DNA of 21,838 nt from assembly GCA_043750125.1 (NCBI GenBank), contig JAYVCD010000389.1, positions 1-21,838 of the forward strand. Direction: 5' to 3'. The stretch is from Archangiaceae bacterium. GTDB taxonomy: Bacteria; Myxococcota; Myxococcia; Myxococcales; Myxococcaceae. The first letter of the stretch is position 1. Each line of letters begins with the position of its first letter. A program made the position numbers and the translations under genes. The notes below the pieces were generated by a model. That model had not been told where the DNA came from and ran no database searches. It was given only the letters and a program-made list of their open reading frames with translations. Below are positions 7,115 through 15,720 of this stretch, one piece after another.

Positions 7115-7131
7115 GTCAAGAAACGCGCCCT
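7115..7131 (-). promoter_or_regulatory. Possible sigma54-like motif upstream of the patatin gene
   Basis: Minus strand AGGGCGCGTTTCTTGAC: GGGCGCG-N4-TTGA, again GG-N10-GA. Confidence 0.35.
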
Positions 7132-7155
7132 GCGACCGCAAAAGTTGCGACCGCA
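7131..7155. repeat. Perfect 10-bp direct repeat TGCGACCGCA x2 (5-bp spacer); each copy is quasi-palindromic
   Basis: TGCGACCGCA at 7131-7140 and 7146-7155, in the divergent patatin/PilZ intergenic region. Confidence 0.8.
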
Positions 7156-7210
7156 CCCTCGTGATCCACACTGCTTCAGGCCTGTCACTTCATTCCCAGG
7201 AGTCGCACCG

Positions 7211-7534
7211 ATGCAGACGATGACCGGAACCGCCGTTTCCACCCGCTATCACCCCCGGGTGGGCGCGCACCTGATGGTGAAGCTGAAGCTCAACGGGCGA
7301 GCGGTCTCAGCCCGGTCGACCGACCTTTCGATGGCGGGGCTGTGCCTTCAAGGCGAGTTCCCCGAGCTGGCCGACTTGGTGACCCTGGCCATTCCCCTGC
7401 CCGACGACAAGCAGCTCGTCACCGAGGCGAAGGTGAAGTGGCGCGAAGCAGGAAGGGTGGCGCTCGAGTTCGCCGAGCTCGACTGGGAAGACATGTTCGC
7501 CCTCGCCCGGTTTCTGCACCCGCTGCTGCCCTAG
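7211..7534 (+). CDS. Stand-alone PilZ domain protein (probable c-di-GMP receptor), ~107 aa
   Basis: RxxxR (RYHPR) and DxSxxG (DLSMAG) motifs; AGGAG RBS before ATG 7211. Confidence 0.88.
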   Translation: MQTMTGTAVSTRYHPRVGAHLMVKLKLNGRAVSARSTDLSMAGLCLQGEFPELADLVTLAIPLPDDKQLVTEAKVKWREAGRVALEFAELDWEDMFALARFLHPLLP

Positions 7535-7923
7535 TCTTTGCCGACCCGCGCGGCCCGAAGCCCGGCGACCAAATCGAGCAATTCGGCGCCCCGAAACGGC
7601 TTGTGGATGTAGCCGTTGGCGCCTGCGCGGGTCGCGGCTTCCACGTCGGACTTCTTCGCCTTGGCGGTGAGCATGTGCAGGGGCACGGCCGCCGTCGAAG
7701 GGTCGGCCTTGAGCAGGCGGCACACGGTGATTCCGTCCATCTGGGGCAGCACCACGTCGAGCAGAATCAAATCGAATCTCGAGGTGCGGGCGAGCTTCAG
7801 GCCTTCGATCCCGTTGGCCGCACACTCGACCTCGACTCCGTCTTCGGTGAGCATGCTCCGCACGAGCTCACGAATGACTGGCTCGTCCTCGACCACGAGG
7901 ATGCGGAAAGGCTCAGAGCTCAT
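7531..7923 (-). CDS. Single-domain response regulator (CheY-like receiver), 130 aa
   Basis: ILVVEDE, phospho-acceptor LILLD, MLTA and KPF motifs; no output domain. Confidence 0.93.
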   Translation of the reverse strand: MSSEPFRILVVEDEPVIRELVRSMLTEDGVEVECAANGIEGLKLARTSRFDLILLDVVLPQMDGITVCRLLKADPSTAAVPLHMLTAKAKKSDVEAATRAGANGYIHKPFRGAELLDLVAGLRAARVGKD

Positions 7924-7954
7924 CGAAGCGGCCGACTATAGCGCTTCGCCGGGG

Positions 7955-10519
7955 TCACTCGTAGGCGAGCGCTTCCACCACGTCGAGGCCGGCCGCCCGG
8001 CGGGCCGGGTAGATGCCGGCCACAATGGCGCACACCGTCGATGCGGCGAGCATCTGCAGCGCCAGCTCGGCCGGGAAGATGAAGGGGAAGTTCCAGCCGG
8101 TGGACTGCACGCCGACGACCTTGGTCAGCGTGTACCCCAGCGCGTAACCAAGCGCGGTGCCGATGGTTCCTCCAGTGAGTCCAATCAACGCGGCCTCACC
8201 GATGAAGAGCTTGAGGACGTGGGTCGAAGACGCACCGATTGCCCGCAGCAGCCCAATCTCGCGGGTGCGGTCGAGCACCGCGGCGAGCAGGGTATTGATC
8301 ACCCCGAGCAGGGCCAGCAGCACCGCCACGCCTTCCATCGCGTAGGTCACCGCGAAGGCGTTGGAGACCAGGTCGTAGGCCTCTTTGCGAAGCTCGAGGT
8401 TCGAGAGCACGTAGAGGTCATGCTTGGATCCGAACCGCGCGTTGATCTCGCGGCGCACGTCTTCGATCTTCGAACGGTCCTTCATGTAGACCTGAAAAGT
8501 GTCGACGAGGTGATCGTTGAAGTCCCGGGTGAAGTAGCGGCGGTCCATGAAGACCGTGCCCTGGTCCGAGCTGTAGTCGGTGATCACCGCAGCGACCTTG
8601 TAGGTGTGGTCTCCGGTCGGAGTTTCCATCTTGAACGCTGAGTCGCGATGCAGATCTCTTCGGCGCGCCAGGTTCTCGCTGACCGTCACGTAGCCCGCGG
8701 CGCGCTCGTCCGGGGTGGGAAGGTGGCCTTCCATCACTTCGGGCTTGCCGCGCAGGTGATAAATCTCGGGGTCGAGCGAGACGATGTAGATCCGCAAACC
8801 GAGGACATCGGCCGGGTAGATGCGAACCATGTCGACCTTGTCGACCCCTGCCATCGCCTCGATCGGTTCACGCAGCTCGGCGTTCATCGGAGTGTTCTGG
8901 ACTCCACCCACTTTCGCCGACGAGGTGACGAACAGATCCGCGGGAATCGCCTGATCAATCCACTTCTCCGAGCTTTTCTGAAACGAGCCCACGAAGCCGG
9001 CGATGCAAATCGTCATCCCCACCCCAATCGCCAGCGCCGAGACCGGGACGGCAGTTCGCACCGGAGCGCGCGCGAAGTTGTCGGCGGCCAGTCTTCCGGC
9101 AATGCCCAGCGCCTTCTCACTGGGCCATTGGTAGACCCGCTGAAGCCCTCGCAGCAGCAGGGGTGACATCAACGTCGTCACCATCATGATCAAAAACATC
9201 GCCACGTAGCCGCCGAGGGGAAAGTTCTCAGTGGGCGGAGGAATTAACGTCGCGGGGTAGATCGCCGCGGCGAAAACGATCGCCAGCATCGTCGGCCACG
9301 ACTTGAGGCTGGCCAGGTCGGCGCCCGCCGCCACGTCACGCCGCAGCGCCTCGACCGGTTGTACCCGCGACGCGACGATCGCCGGCCGAAGCGCCGCAAA
9401 GACGCTGCCCAGAATTCCCAGGGCCGCACCCATCAACATCTGCTGGGGCCCCACGAAGACGTCCTTCGCATTCACCTGGATGTAGATGGACGAGATGGTG
9501 CCCGCGACCCAGCTGATCGCCAGCCGCGCCACCAGGGTGCCGAGGGGAATTCCAACCACGGTGCCGAACAGGCCGAGCACCGCTGCTTCGAGAGTAAAAA
9601 GCGCGCGAATCCGAAAGCGGGTCGAGCCCAACGCGCGCAGGGTGCCGATCTCGCGGCGGCGCTGGACGACGCCAATCGCGACGGTGTTGTAGACGAGGAA
9701 GACGCCGACCAGCAGCGCGACCCCCGAGCCGAGGTTGAGGCCCAGCTGGAAGCTGCGAATCATCTTCTCGACGCTCTGGCCCCGCCGCTCGGGGCGATCG
9801 ATCTTCATCCCCATGCCGCTCATCGCTTCCAGGCGGGGCTTCATCACGTCGATGCCCACCTTCGGGTCGATCGCCACGTCGATGCGATCGATGCTGCGGC
9901 CACGCCCGAAGGCCGCCTGGGCCGAGCCCAGGTACATCACCCCCACCGAGCCTCCAAACGCCTTGATCGGGCCCGTCTCTTTGAGCAGCCCGTGAATCAC
10001 GAAGTCGGCCGCCCCATGGGACGTGAGCAGGGTGAAGCTGTCGCCGGTCTTCAGCTTGTGCTCGCGCGCAAACCGCTCGCTCACCAGCATCCGGTCGGTC
10101 GAATTGAGGAATTCGAGATCGTCGGCCATCTGGCCCACGTCGCGATCTACGCCCTCGTAGGTCCGAAAGAACCCGTCGTCGAGCAGGTCGACCCCCATCA
10201 CGTACAGGCTCTCGCCGGGGGAGCCCTTGACCGGAGCAATCGCGGTCAAGCTGGCGGCAGCGTGACTCACCCCTTCGAGCTTCTGGACCTTCTCGAGCAG
10301 CGCATCGTCGAAGCCGACCTGCGTCCCCGCGATGGTGAGGTCGGCCTTCCCGGCGATGGTGTCGATGGTGGAACGAAACGCATCCATCACCGAGGTGTTG
10401 ATCGCCGCGATGCCGACCATGGTCGCAACGCCCACCGCAATGCCAAGCACGGTGATGCTGCTGCGCAAGGGCGAGCCAAAGATGTGCCGAATCGAGATCA
10501 GCCGCAGCAGGGCGAGCAT
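7955..10519 (-). CDS. ABC transporter permease, duplicated MacB/FtsX (LolC/E-like) architecture, ~854 aa
   Basis: Two FtsX repeats (VVQRRREIGTLRALG; VLDRTREIGLLRAIG) with periplasmic domains; ends YPARRAAGLDVVEAL. Start set to ATG 10519, 4 nt after the ATPase stop. Confidence 0.92.
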   Translation of the reverse strand: MLALLRLISIRHIFGSPLRSSITVLGIAVGVATMVGIAAINTSVMDAFRSTIDTIAGKADLTIAGTQVGFDDALLEKVQKLEGVSHAAASLTAIAPVKGSPGESLYVMGVDLLDDGFFRTYEGVDRDVGQMADDLEFLNSTDRMLVSERFAREHKLKTGDSFTLLTSHGAADFVIHGLLKETGPIKAFGGSVGVMYLGSAQAAFGRGRSIDRIDVAIDPKVGIDVMKPRLEAMSGMGMKIDRPERRGQSVEKMIRSFQLGLNLGSGVALLVGVFLVYNTVAIGVVQRRREIGTLRALGSTRFRIRALFTLEAAVLGLFGTVVGIPLGTLVARLAISWVAGTISSIYIQVNAKDVFVGPQQMLMGAALGILGSVFAALRPAIVASRVQPVEALRRDVAAGADLASLKSWPTMLAIVFAAAIYPATLIPPPTENFPLGGYVAMFLIMMVTTLMSPLLLRGLQRVYQWPSEKALGIAGRLAADNFARAPVRTAVPVSALAIGVGMTICIAGFVGSFQKSSEKWIDQAIPADLFVTSSAKVGGVQNTPMNAELREPIEAMAGVDKVDMVRIYPADVLGLRIYIVSLDPEIYHLRGKPEVMEGHLPTPDERAAGYVTVSENLARRRDLHRDSAFKMETPTGDHTYKVAAVITDYSSDQGTVFMDRRYFTRDFNDHLVDTFQVYMKDRSKIEDVRREINARFGSKHDLYVLSNLELRKEAYDLVSNAFAVTYAMEGVAVLLALLGVINTLLAAVLDRTREIGLLRAIGASSTHVLKLFIGEAALIGLTGGTIGTALGYALGYTLTKVVGVQSTGWNFPFIFPAELALQMLAASTVCAIVAGIYPARRAAGLDVVEALAYE

Positions 10520-10523
10520 CGCT

Positions 10524-11219
10524 TCAGGCCGCCGTCGCAGAACGGAGCAGTTCATCGCCGATCATCGCCCCGTCGGCGAGCCGAACGATCCGATCGCCGA
10601 CCTCGGCCGCCCGCGCGTCGTGGGTCACCATCACCACGGTCAGGTTTCGCGCCGCGGTCGCTTCGCGAATCAACTTCAGCACTTCACTGCCGGTGCGCGA
10701 GTCGAGGTTTCCCGTCGGCTCATCGGCCAGCAGCAGCGCCGGCTCGGTCAGCAGCGCGCGCGCCACGGCCACCCGCTGCATCTCGCCTCCTGACAGCTCG
10801 TCGGGACGGTGGTGATCTCGGCCGGTGAGGCCGACCGACTCGAGCAACGCGTGCGCGCGGGGAATCATCTCGTCACGGCTCTTGCCGGACAGCAGCGCAG
10901 GAAGAATCACGTTTTCGATCGCCGTCAGCGTCGGCAGCAGGTTGAAGAACTGAAAGATGTAACCCAATCGATCGCGTCGAAAACGCGACAGCTGGTCATC
11001 GGGAAGCTTCGCGATGTCGCGGTTTTCAATCGTGATGCTGCCGCTGGTCGGCACGTCCAGCGCGCCCAGCAGGTTGAGCAGCGTCGATTTCCCCGAGCCC
11101 GAAGCCCCCATCACCGACAAAAACTGGCCCTTGGGGACGACGAGCTTCTCGAGGCACAGCGCCCGCACTTCGGTCTTCCCGCGGCGATACACCTTGGTTG
11201 CGTTTCGGACTTCGATCAC
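10524..11219 (-). CDS. ABC transporter ATP-binding protein (LolD/MacB/SalX-like), ~231 aa
   Basis: Walker A GASGSGKS, signature LSGGE, Walker B LLLADE and VTHD. GTG start overlaps the upstream stop (GTGA). Confidence 0.95.
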   Translation of the reverse strand: MIEVRNATKVYRRGKTEVRALCLEKLVVPKGQFLSVMGASGSGKSTLLNLLGALDVPTSGSITIENRDIAKLPDDQLSRFRRDRLGYIFQFFNLLPTLTAIENVILPALLSGKSRDEMIPRAHALLESVGLTGRDHHRPDELSGGEMQRVAVARALLTEPALLLADEPTGNLDSRTGSEVLKLIREATAARNLTVVMVTHDARAAEVGDRIVRLADGAMIGDELLRSATAA

Positions 11220-11953
11220 AGCTGGGTCACTCCGTCGATTTGGGTCCACCCTTCGAGCCCGTTGGGTAATCGAATCCGCGCGAACTTGCCTGACTCTTCC
11301 ATCAGCCGAACCTTGAGGCCACTGTGGACCTCGAAAGCGACCTTCGCATTTTCACCGGGGAACTCACGCACCTGGGCGGTCGCAGGAAGCACCACCCCCT
11401 CGATGATCGTGCGGGCCACCCACGCATGGGCCGCCACCGCGGCTCCAGAGCTCGCTCCCAGAAACAACAGCCCTCCGCCCAACGTGGCCGCGAGCAGGCG
11501 ACCGCGCACCAACCACCGCCGCGCCACGAGCAGCGCGAAGCCGCCCCACCAGCAGATGAGGAACGTCAGCGAGAGCTCTCGTTCGTCGGTGGCCCGAACC
11601 AGGCGCTCGAAGAAGGCTTCGTCATTGCCGGCTCCGACCACCTGGTCCACCCGCAGCTTTCGCGCGTAAGAGAGGTTGGCCTCGATGTCGTCTTCGCGCG
11701 AGAGGCGACGGGCCCGCTCGAGGTACACCACCGCCTCGCCCAGCTCTCCGGCAGCCAGACAGGCGGTGCCGAGGTTGAAGAGCACGTCGGGTCCACCCAT
11801 TCCGTGGTCGAGCAACTTCAAATATCCGACCTTCGCCGTCGAAAAATCTTGTTTGTAATAGGCGTCGTTGGCCTGGGCAAAGACGCTCTGGGCTTCCTGC
11901 GGCGTGTAGTAGGTCGCCTGGCTCAACGCCAAAGAGAGAAGGGCGGCGATCAT
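11216..11953 (-). CDS. batE: BatE-like TPR + TM + SH3b-like protein, ~245 aa
   Basis: Signal peptide; TPR (FAQANDAYYKQDF...LFNLGTA...AVVYLERARRL...DIEANL); two TMs; SH3b-like end (FEVHSGLKV...IRLPNGLEGW). ATGA overlap with batD. Confidence 0.75.
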   Translation of the reverse strand: MIAALLSLALSQATYYTPQEAQSVFAQANDAYYKQDFSTAKVGYLKLLDHGMGGPDVLFNLGTACLAAGELGEAVVYLERARRLSREDDIEANLSYARKLRVDQVVGAGNDEAFFERLVRATDERELSLTFLICWWGGFALLVARRWLVRGRLLAATLGGGLLFLGASSGAAVAAHAWVARTIIEGVVLPATAQVREFPGENAKVAFEVHSGLKVRLMEESGKFARIRLPNGLEGWTQIDGVTQL

Positions 11954-13767
11954 TTCGAGTCCCACGCTTCCATCGCGGCCGCGGCGTCATCGAGCGCCCG
12001 ACTGCGTGCGGCCGCCTCGCCCATGCCCGGCGCAAATCGGCCCATGTCACACGTCTCGAGCACCGCGAGCACCCGGGCGCGAATGTCAGCTGCGACGCTG
12101 CCTTGCACCATCAGCGCCTCGAGCTGGCTTCGCTGCAGGCCGGTAATCGGTTCCGACAGCTTCGCTTCGAGGAAGGACGCCAGCGCCTTCTCGACTTCGG
12201 CGTAGAAGTCGGCCGCCTTGCCCGTGCGCTGGATCTTCACCGCTTCGGCCAGCCGGGCGCGTGCGGCCTTGGCCTGGCGCCGGCGGTTGGCCACCGGGTC
12301 GTTCTTGGTCAAGCTGCGCCGCGCGAGCCCGAACAGGCCAAAGCCCAGGGACAGACCCAGGGGCGCCAGCGCCAGCGGCAGGAAAAAGGGCTGACTGAAC
12401 AACGGGGGCGCAGGCGCACGGAAGCTTCCGGTATGGCGCAGCGACTTGAGGCCGGTGGCGACGAGTTGGTTCTTCTGGCCGGGATCCACGTTGGCCGAGT
12501 TGGGGACCGTGACGACGGTGCTTCCGCCCGGGCCCGGGGTGACGGTCAGGCTGATCGGGTCGGTCTTCGAGTCTTCGAAGCGCTTCGTTTCGGGGTTGAA
12601 GAACGCGAAGGTCAGGCCGGGCAGGGTGACGGTGCCGGTCTGCTGGGCGAGGATCACGTATTCCATCGTCCGCTTTCCACCGAGCATCCCCTTGGTCGAG
12701 GTCAGACGATCTGAAGTCTGAGGTTCGTAGATCTTCAGCGACGAGGGGCCGACCAGAGGCGGCAAGACGGCGTTCTTCAGGTTCCCTTTCCCCTCGAGAA
12801 TCACCTTCACCTGCACCGGCTCACCGAGGGCGATCTTAGTCTGCGAGACCTCGGTCGACAGGCGCCAGTGGCCGACGTTGGTGGTGGATCCTCCCTTGGG
12901 CAGCGGCTTGACCTTCAAGGTCAAGGCATTGCCGCGGCGGTGAGTCCGATGCCCCGCGAAGAGGTAGCCGGTGGTGATGTCTGCTTCGGCTGCATCAATG
13001 GTGAGAACTCCGCCCTTCACCGGAAAGAGCGCCCGGCGGCGAAGCAGGTACGACCGGTACGGAACCCCTCCGATGATCTTCTGCTCGGGGCTCAGCTGGG
13101 TGGGCGATTCGATGTCTTCGCTCCAGAAGCCTTCGAGCTTCGGCATCGTCACCGAGTCCACGCTGGACAGCTCGCTGCGCGAGTAGATGGTCAACGACAG
13201 CGTCACCTGCTCACCCAGGTAGATTTCGTCGCGATCGATCGCGGCGCGCAGAAAAAGGTCCGAGTCCGAGTGCGGAATCTCGGGCTCGTCTTGTCCGGGG
13301 AAGGCCCCTCCGAAGGGATCGCCGCCGAAAGGAGAGGGAAACGCCGTCCGCGGGTTCTGCGCCTGCGCCGGGGGGTTGACCCTGCCCTTGCTCACTTCGA
13401 CCTTCACCACCTCGGTCTTGTAGGTCCGCCCACCCGCCGAGAGGACCGAGGCGGGGATGGACAGGGTCCCGACCCGGTTCGCGCGCAGCACCAGCGAGTA
13501 CTTCTGGACGTTCTTGATGTTGCCCGCGCCGGCCGAGCCAATCGAGTAGCTCATCTGCGTCGACTGGGTGCGCGAGAGGACTTCGAGGTCGGCCGGAGCC
13601 GGGAACTGAACCGTGGCCCCATCGGGTGCGCCCGCGACCACGATCGTCAGCCGAAAGGTGTCTTCGGTGCCGACCTTGTCCCGGTCGACCGTCTGGTAAA
13701 ATTCGACGTCCGCCAGCGCCGGCGTCGCCAGAAGCAGCATCGCGAGCGCGCTACCAATCCTTGCCAT
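11950..13767 (-). CDS. batD: BatD family protein, 605 aa
   Basis: Signal peptide; repeated Ig-like BatD units (TVDRDKVGTEDTFRLTI; IDRDEIYLGEQVTLSL; ALFPVKGGVLTI; GEPVQVKVILEGKGNL; FAFFNPETKRF); C-terminal TM and RFAP helical domain. Confidence 0.85.
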   Translation of the reverse strand: MARIGSALAMLLLATPALADVEFYQTVDRDKVGTEDTFRLTIVVAGAPDGATVQFPAPADLEVLSRTQSTQMSYSIGSAGAGNIKNVQKYSLVLRANRVGTLSIPASVLSAGGRTYKTEVVKVEVSKGRVNPPAQAQNPRTAFPSPFGGDPFGGAFPGQDEPEIPHSDSDLFLRAAIDRDEIYLGEQVTLSLTIYSRSELSSVDSVTMPKLEGFWSEDIESPTQLSPEQKIIGGVPYRSYLLRRRALFPVKGGVLTIDAAEADITTGYLFAGHRTHRRGNALTLKVKPLPKGGSTTNVGHWRLSTEVSQTKIALGEPVQVKVILEGKGNLKNAVLPPLVGPSSLKIYEPQTSDRLTSTKGMLGGKRTMEYVILAQQTGTVTLPGLTFAFFNPETKRFEDSKTDPISLTVTPGPGGSTVVTVPNSANVDPGQKNQLVATGLKSLRHTGSFRAPAPPLFSQPFFLPLALAPLGLSLGFGLFGLARRSLTKNDPVANRRRQAKAARARLAEAVKIQRTGKAADFYAEVEKALASFLEAKLSEPITGLQRSQLEALMVQGSVAADIRARVLAVLETCDMGRFAPGMGEAAARSRALDDAAAAMEAWDSK

Positions 13768-14665
13768 TGGCTCTCTTGGATCGCTTCTGCTGGAAGCGCC
13801 ACAGTTGAAGATTTTTCTCGCTGTTCTTCATCGAATCCAACAGCTTTTCGGCTTCGGCCCGGGACAACGAGTTGCCTCCATCGCGCTCTTCTCCAGCCTC
13901 GCCACTGACCCCGCCGTCCTCGTCCATTCCGCCGCCGTCGCTGCCTCCATCGCCCGTCTGAGTCCCCTGCTGTCCCGCATCGCCTTGCTTCTCGCCTTCG
14001 CCGTTGCCGCCGTCGCTGCGCCCGCCGTCGCTGCCACCATCCCCGTTGCCCTTGCCAGCGTCCAGCCCACCGTCCCCCGCCGCCGGCTTCCCGCCATCCG
14101 TCCCCGCATCGCCGCGGCCCGCATCGGCCGTGCCTGCGTCCCCCGGTTTGCCCCCGTCGGTGCCCCCGTCGGGCCGGCCGGCGTCGGCTTTTCCCCCGTC
14201 GGGAGTGCCGCCGTCTGGGCCCGGGGGCTCCTGTTTGGGAGGAAGATCGCGCAGCATCACTTCGAGGTTGTGCCGCGCGAGCGCGTCTTTGGGGTCCAGC
14301 CGCAGCGCGCGGCGGTACTCGGCGACCGCTTCCTTCTTGTTGTTGAGCGCCGCCTGCACGTTGCCCAGGTTGTAATGAATGCGCTCAGTAAGCTCGCCCT
14401 TCCGATCGAGGCCCAGCGACTGGTTGAAGGCTTTGATCGCTTCTTCGTTTTGCCCGAGCTTGTGAAGGGCAGCGCCGCGGTTGAAATGAATGGTCGCGTT
14501 GTTCGGCAGCTCTTTGTCCGCCGCATCGAACTTCTCGACCGCCTTGTCGTATTCGCCCCGCTCGAACGCTTCCATCCCCTGGTCCACCAACGGGTGATTC
14601 TTCTCCAGCGGCCCCATCGCCAGCGCGGAAGTCGCAACCAGCAGTGTCAGCGCGAACCCCTTCAT
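13751..14665 (-). CDS. batC: BatC-like TPR protein with acidic Gly-rich linker, 304 aa
   Basis: Signal peptide; TPRs (HFNRGAAL, HYNLGNV, YRRALRLDPKDALARHNLE); low-complexity linker; LSRAEAEKLLDSM..E and terminal KDW, typical of BatC. Confidence 0.8.
   Translation of the reverse strand: MKGFALTLLVATSALAMGPLEKNHPLVDQGMEAFERGEYDKAVEKFDAADKELPNNATIHFNRGAALHKLGQNEEAIKAFNQSLGLDRKGELTERIHYNLGNVQAALNNKKEAVAEYRRALRLDPKDALARHNLEVMLRDLPPKQEPPGPDGGTPDGGKADAGRPDGGTDGGKPGDAGTADAGRGDAGTDGGKPAAGDGGLDAGKGNGDGGSDGGRSDGGNGEGEKQGDAGQQGTQTGDGGSDGGGMDEDGGVSGEAGEERDGGNSLSRAEAEKLLDSMKNSEKNLQLWRFQQKRSKRANGKDW
13874..14215 (-). repeat. Coding low-complexity repeat: about 19 D(A/G)G tripeptides
   Basis: PDGGTPDGGKADAGRPDGGTDGGKPGDAGTADAGRGDAGTDGG... 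in the BatC-like protein. Confidence 0.85.
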
Positions 14666-15720
14666 GACAGCGCTCGGCGCCAGGACGGGACGACCAGGAA
14701 GGCCAGGGCGAGGATCAAGATCCCCGCCAGCACGAAGGGCTGGAACATCTCGGCGTACTTCACCGTCAGGCGGCTCTCGAGCTCGCTCTTCTGCATCTTG
14801 TCGATGATCTGCACCACTTCGCTCATCGCCACCGACTTCGGCTGATAGAAGAACTCGCCCCCCGTCGCCTCGGCGATGCGTTGCAGGCCGGCGCGGTCGA
14901 GCCGGGTCATCACCGTCGCTCCGTTCTCGTCCTTCTTGTAGCCGACCAGCTCGTTGCGCTTGTTGAGAATGGGAATCGGCTCGCCGCTCTCGCTGCCGAT
15001 GCCCACCGCGAGCACCTTCACGTTGGCTTCTTTGAGCGTGTCGACGCCCTCGCTGATTTCCCCCTCGAGGTCTTCACCGTCGGAAATCAGCACCACCACT
15101 TTGTCTTTGGCGCCGCGGTCCGCGCTGTCGAGGACCTGACGCGACAGCAGCAGCGCCGCGCCGATGTTGGTTCCACCCTGCGGCATCGCCTCGGGGTCAA
15201 TCGCACGCAGGAACATCTTCGCCGCGGCGTAGTCGCTGGTCAGGGGACATTGAATGAAGGCGTCACCTGCGAAGGCCACCACCGCCACGCGATCGCCCTT
15301 GAGCTCGTCCAGCAGCGTCGACAGCTCGAGCTTGGCACGCTCGAGCCGCGAGGGCTGAACGTCGCGGGCGAGCATCGACTTGCTCGCGTCGATCGCCACC
15401 ACCACGTCGATTCCCCGGCGCTTGGTCAGCTCGGAATGGCTGCCGCACTGAGGTTGGGCCAGCGCGAAGCCGAAGCAGAGCAGCGCCAGCATGTAGAGCG
15501 AAGACTGAATCGCCGGCAGCGCCACCGAGACCCCCGGCGTCAGCCCGGCGAGCCGTGACGGAATCGCCTTCGCCAGCCGCGCCCGTCGATTGAGCGCCAG
15601 ACCGAACGCCAATGCTCCCAGCAGCACCGCGATCGCCATCGAGGCCAGGTACAACGGGTGGGCCAGCCCCAGCTGGTAGCCGAGCAGGGTGAAGCGCCAC
15701 GGCAGCTGGGCGGCGATCAC
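14662..15720 (-). CDS. batB: BatB-like VWA domain membrane protein, ~352 aa
   Basis: ALAQPQ, MIDAS DASKSM, PSRLERAK, FAGDAFIQCPLTSDY, SDGED. GTG 15720 overlaps the batA stop (GTGA) and is in frame with the track ORF 14662..16569. Confidence 0.85.
   Translation of the reverse strand: MIAAQLPWRFTLLGYQLGLAHPLYLASMAIAVLLGALAFGLALNRRARLAKAIPSRLAGLTPGVSVALPAIQSSLYMLALLCFGFALAQPQCGSHSELTKRRGIDVVVAIDASKSMLARDVQPSRLERAKLELSTLLDELKGDRVAVVAFAGDAFIQCPLTSDYAAAKMFLRAIDPEAMPQGGTNIGAALLLSRQVLDSADRGAKDKVVVLISDGEDLEGEISEGVDTLKEANVKVLAVGIGSESGEPIPILNKRNELVGYKKDENGATVMTRLDRAGLQRIAEATGGEFFYQPKSVAMSEVVQIIDKMQKSELESRLTVKYAEMFQPFVLAGILILALAFLVVPSWRRALS

Noticed and set aside
5666-7171. 501-aa minus-strand ORF overlapping the patatin gene
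   Set aside because: Alternative frame with Arg/Ala/Pro-rich composition and no motifs; the patatin frame carries all catalytic motifs.
7616-13908. Several long plus-strand ORFs (e.g. 7616..8641, 9359..10828, 11324..12205, 12868..13908)
   Set aside because: Antisense shadows of well-supported minus-strand genes, expected from high-GC codon bias.
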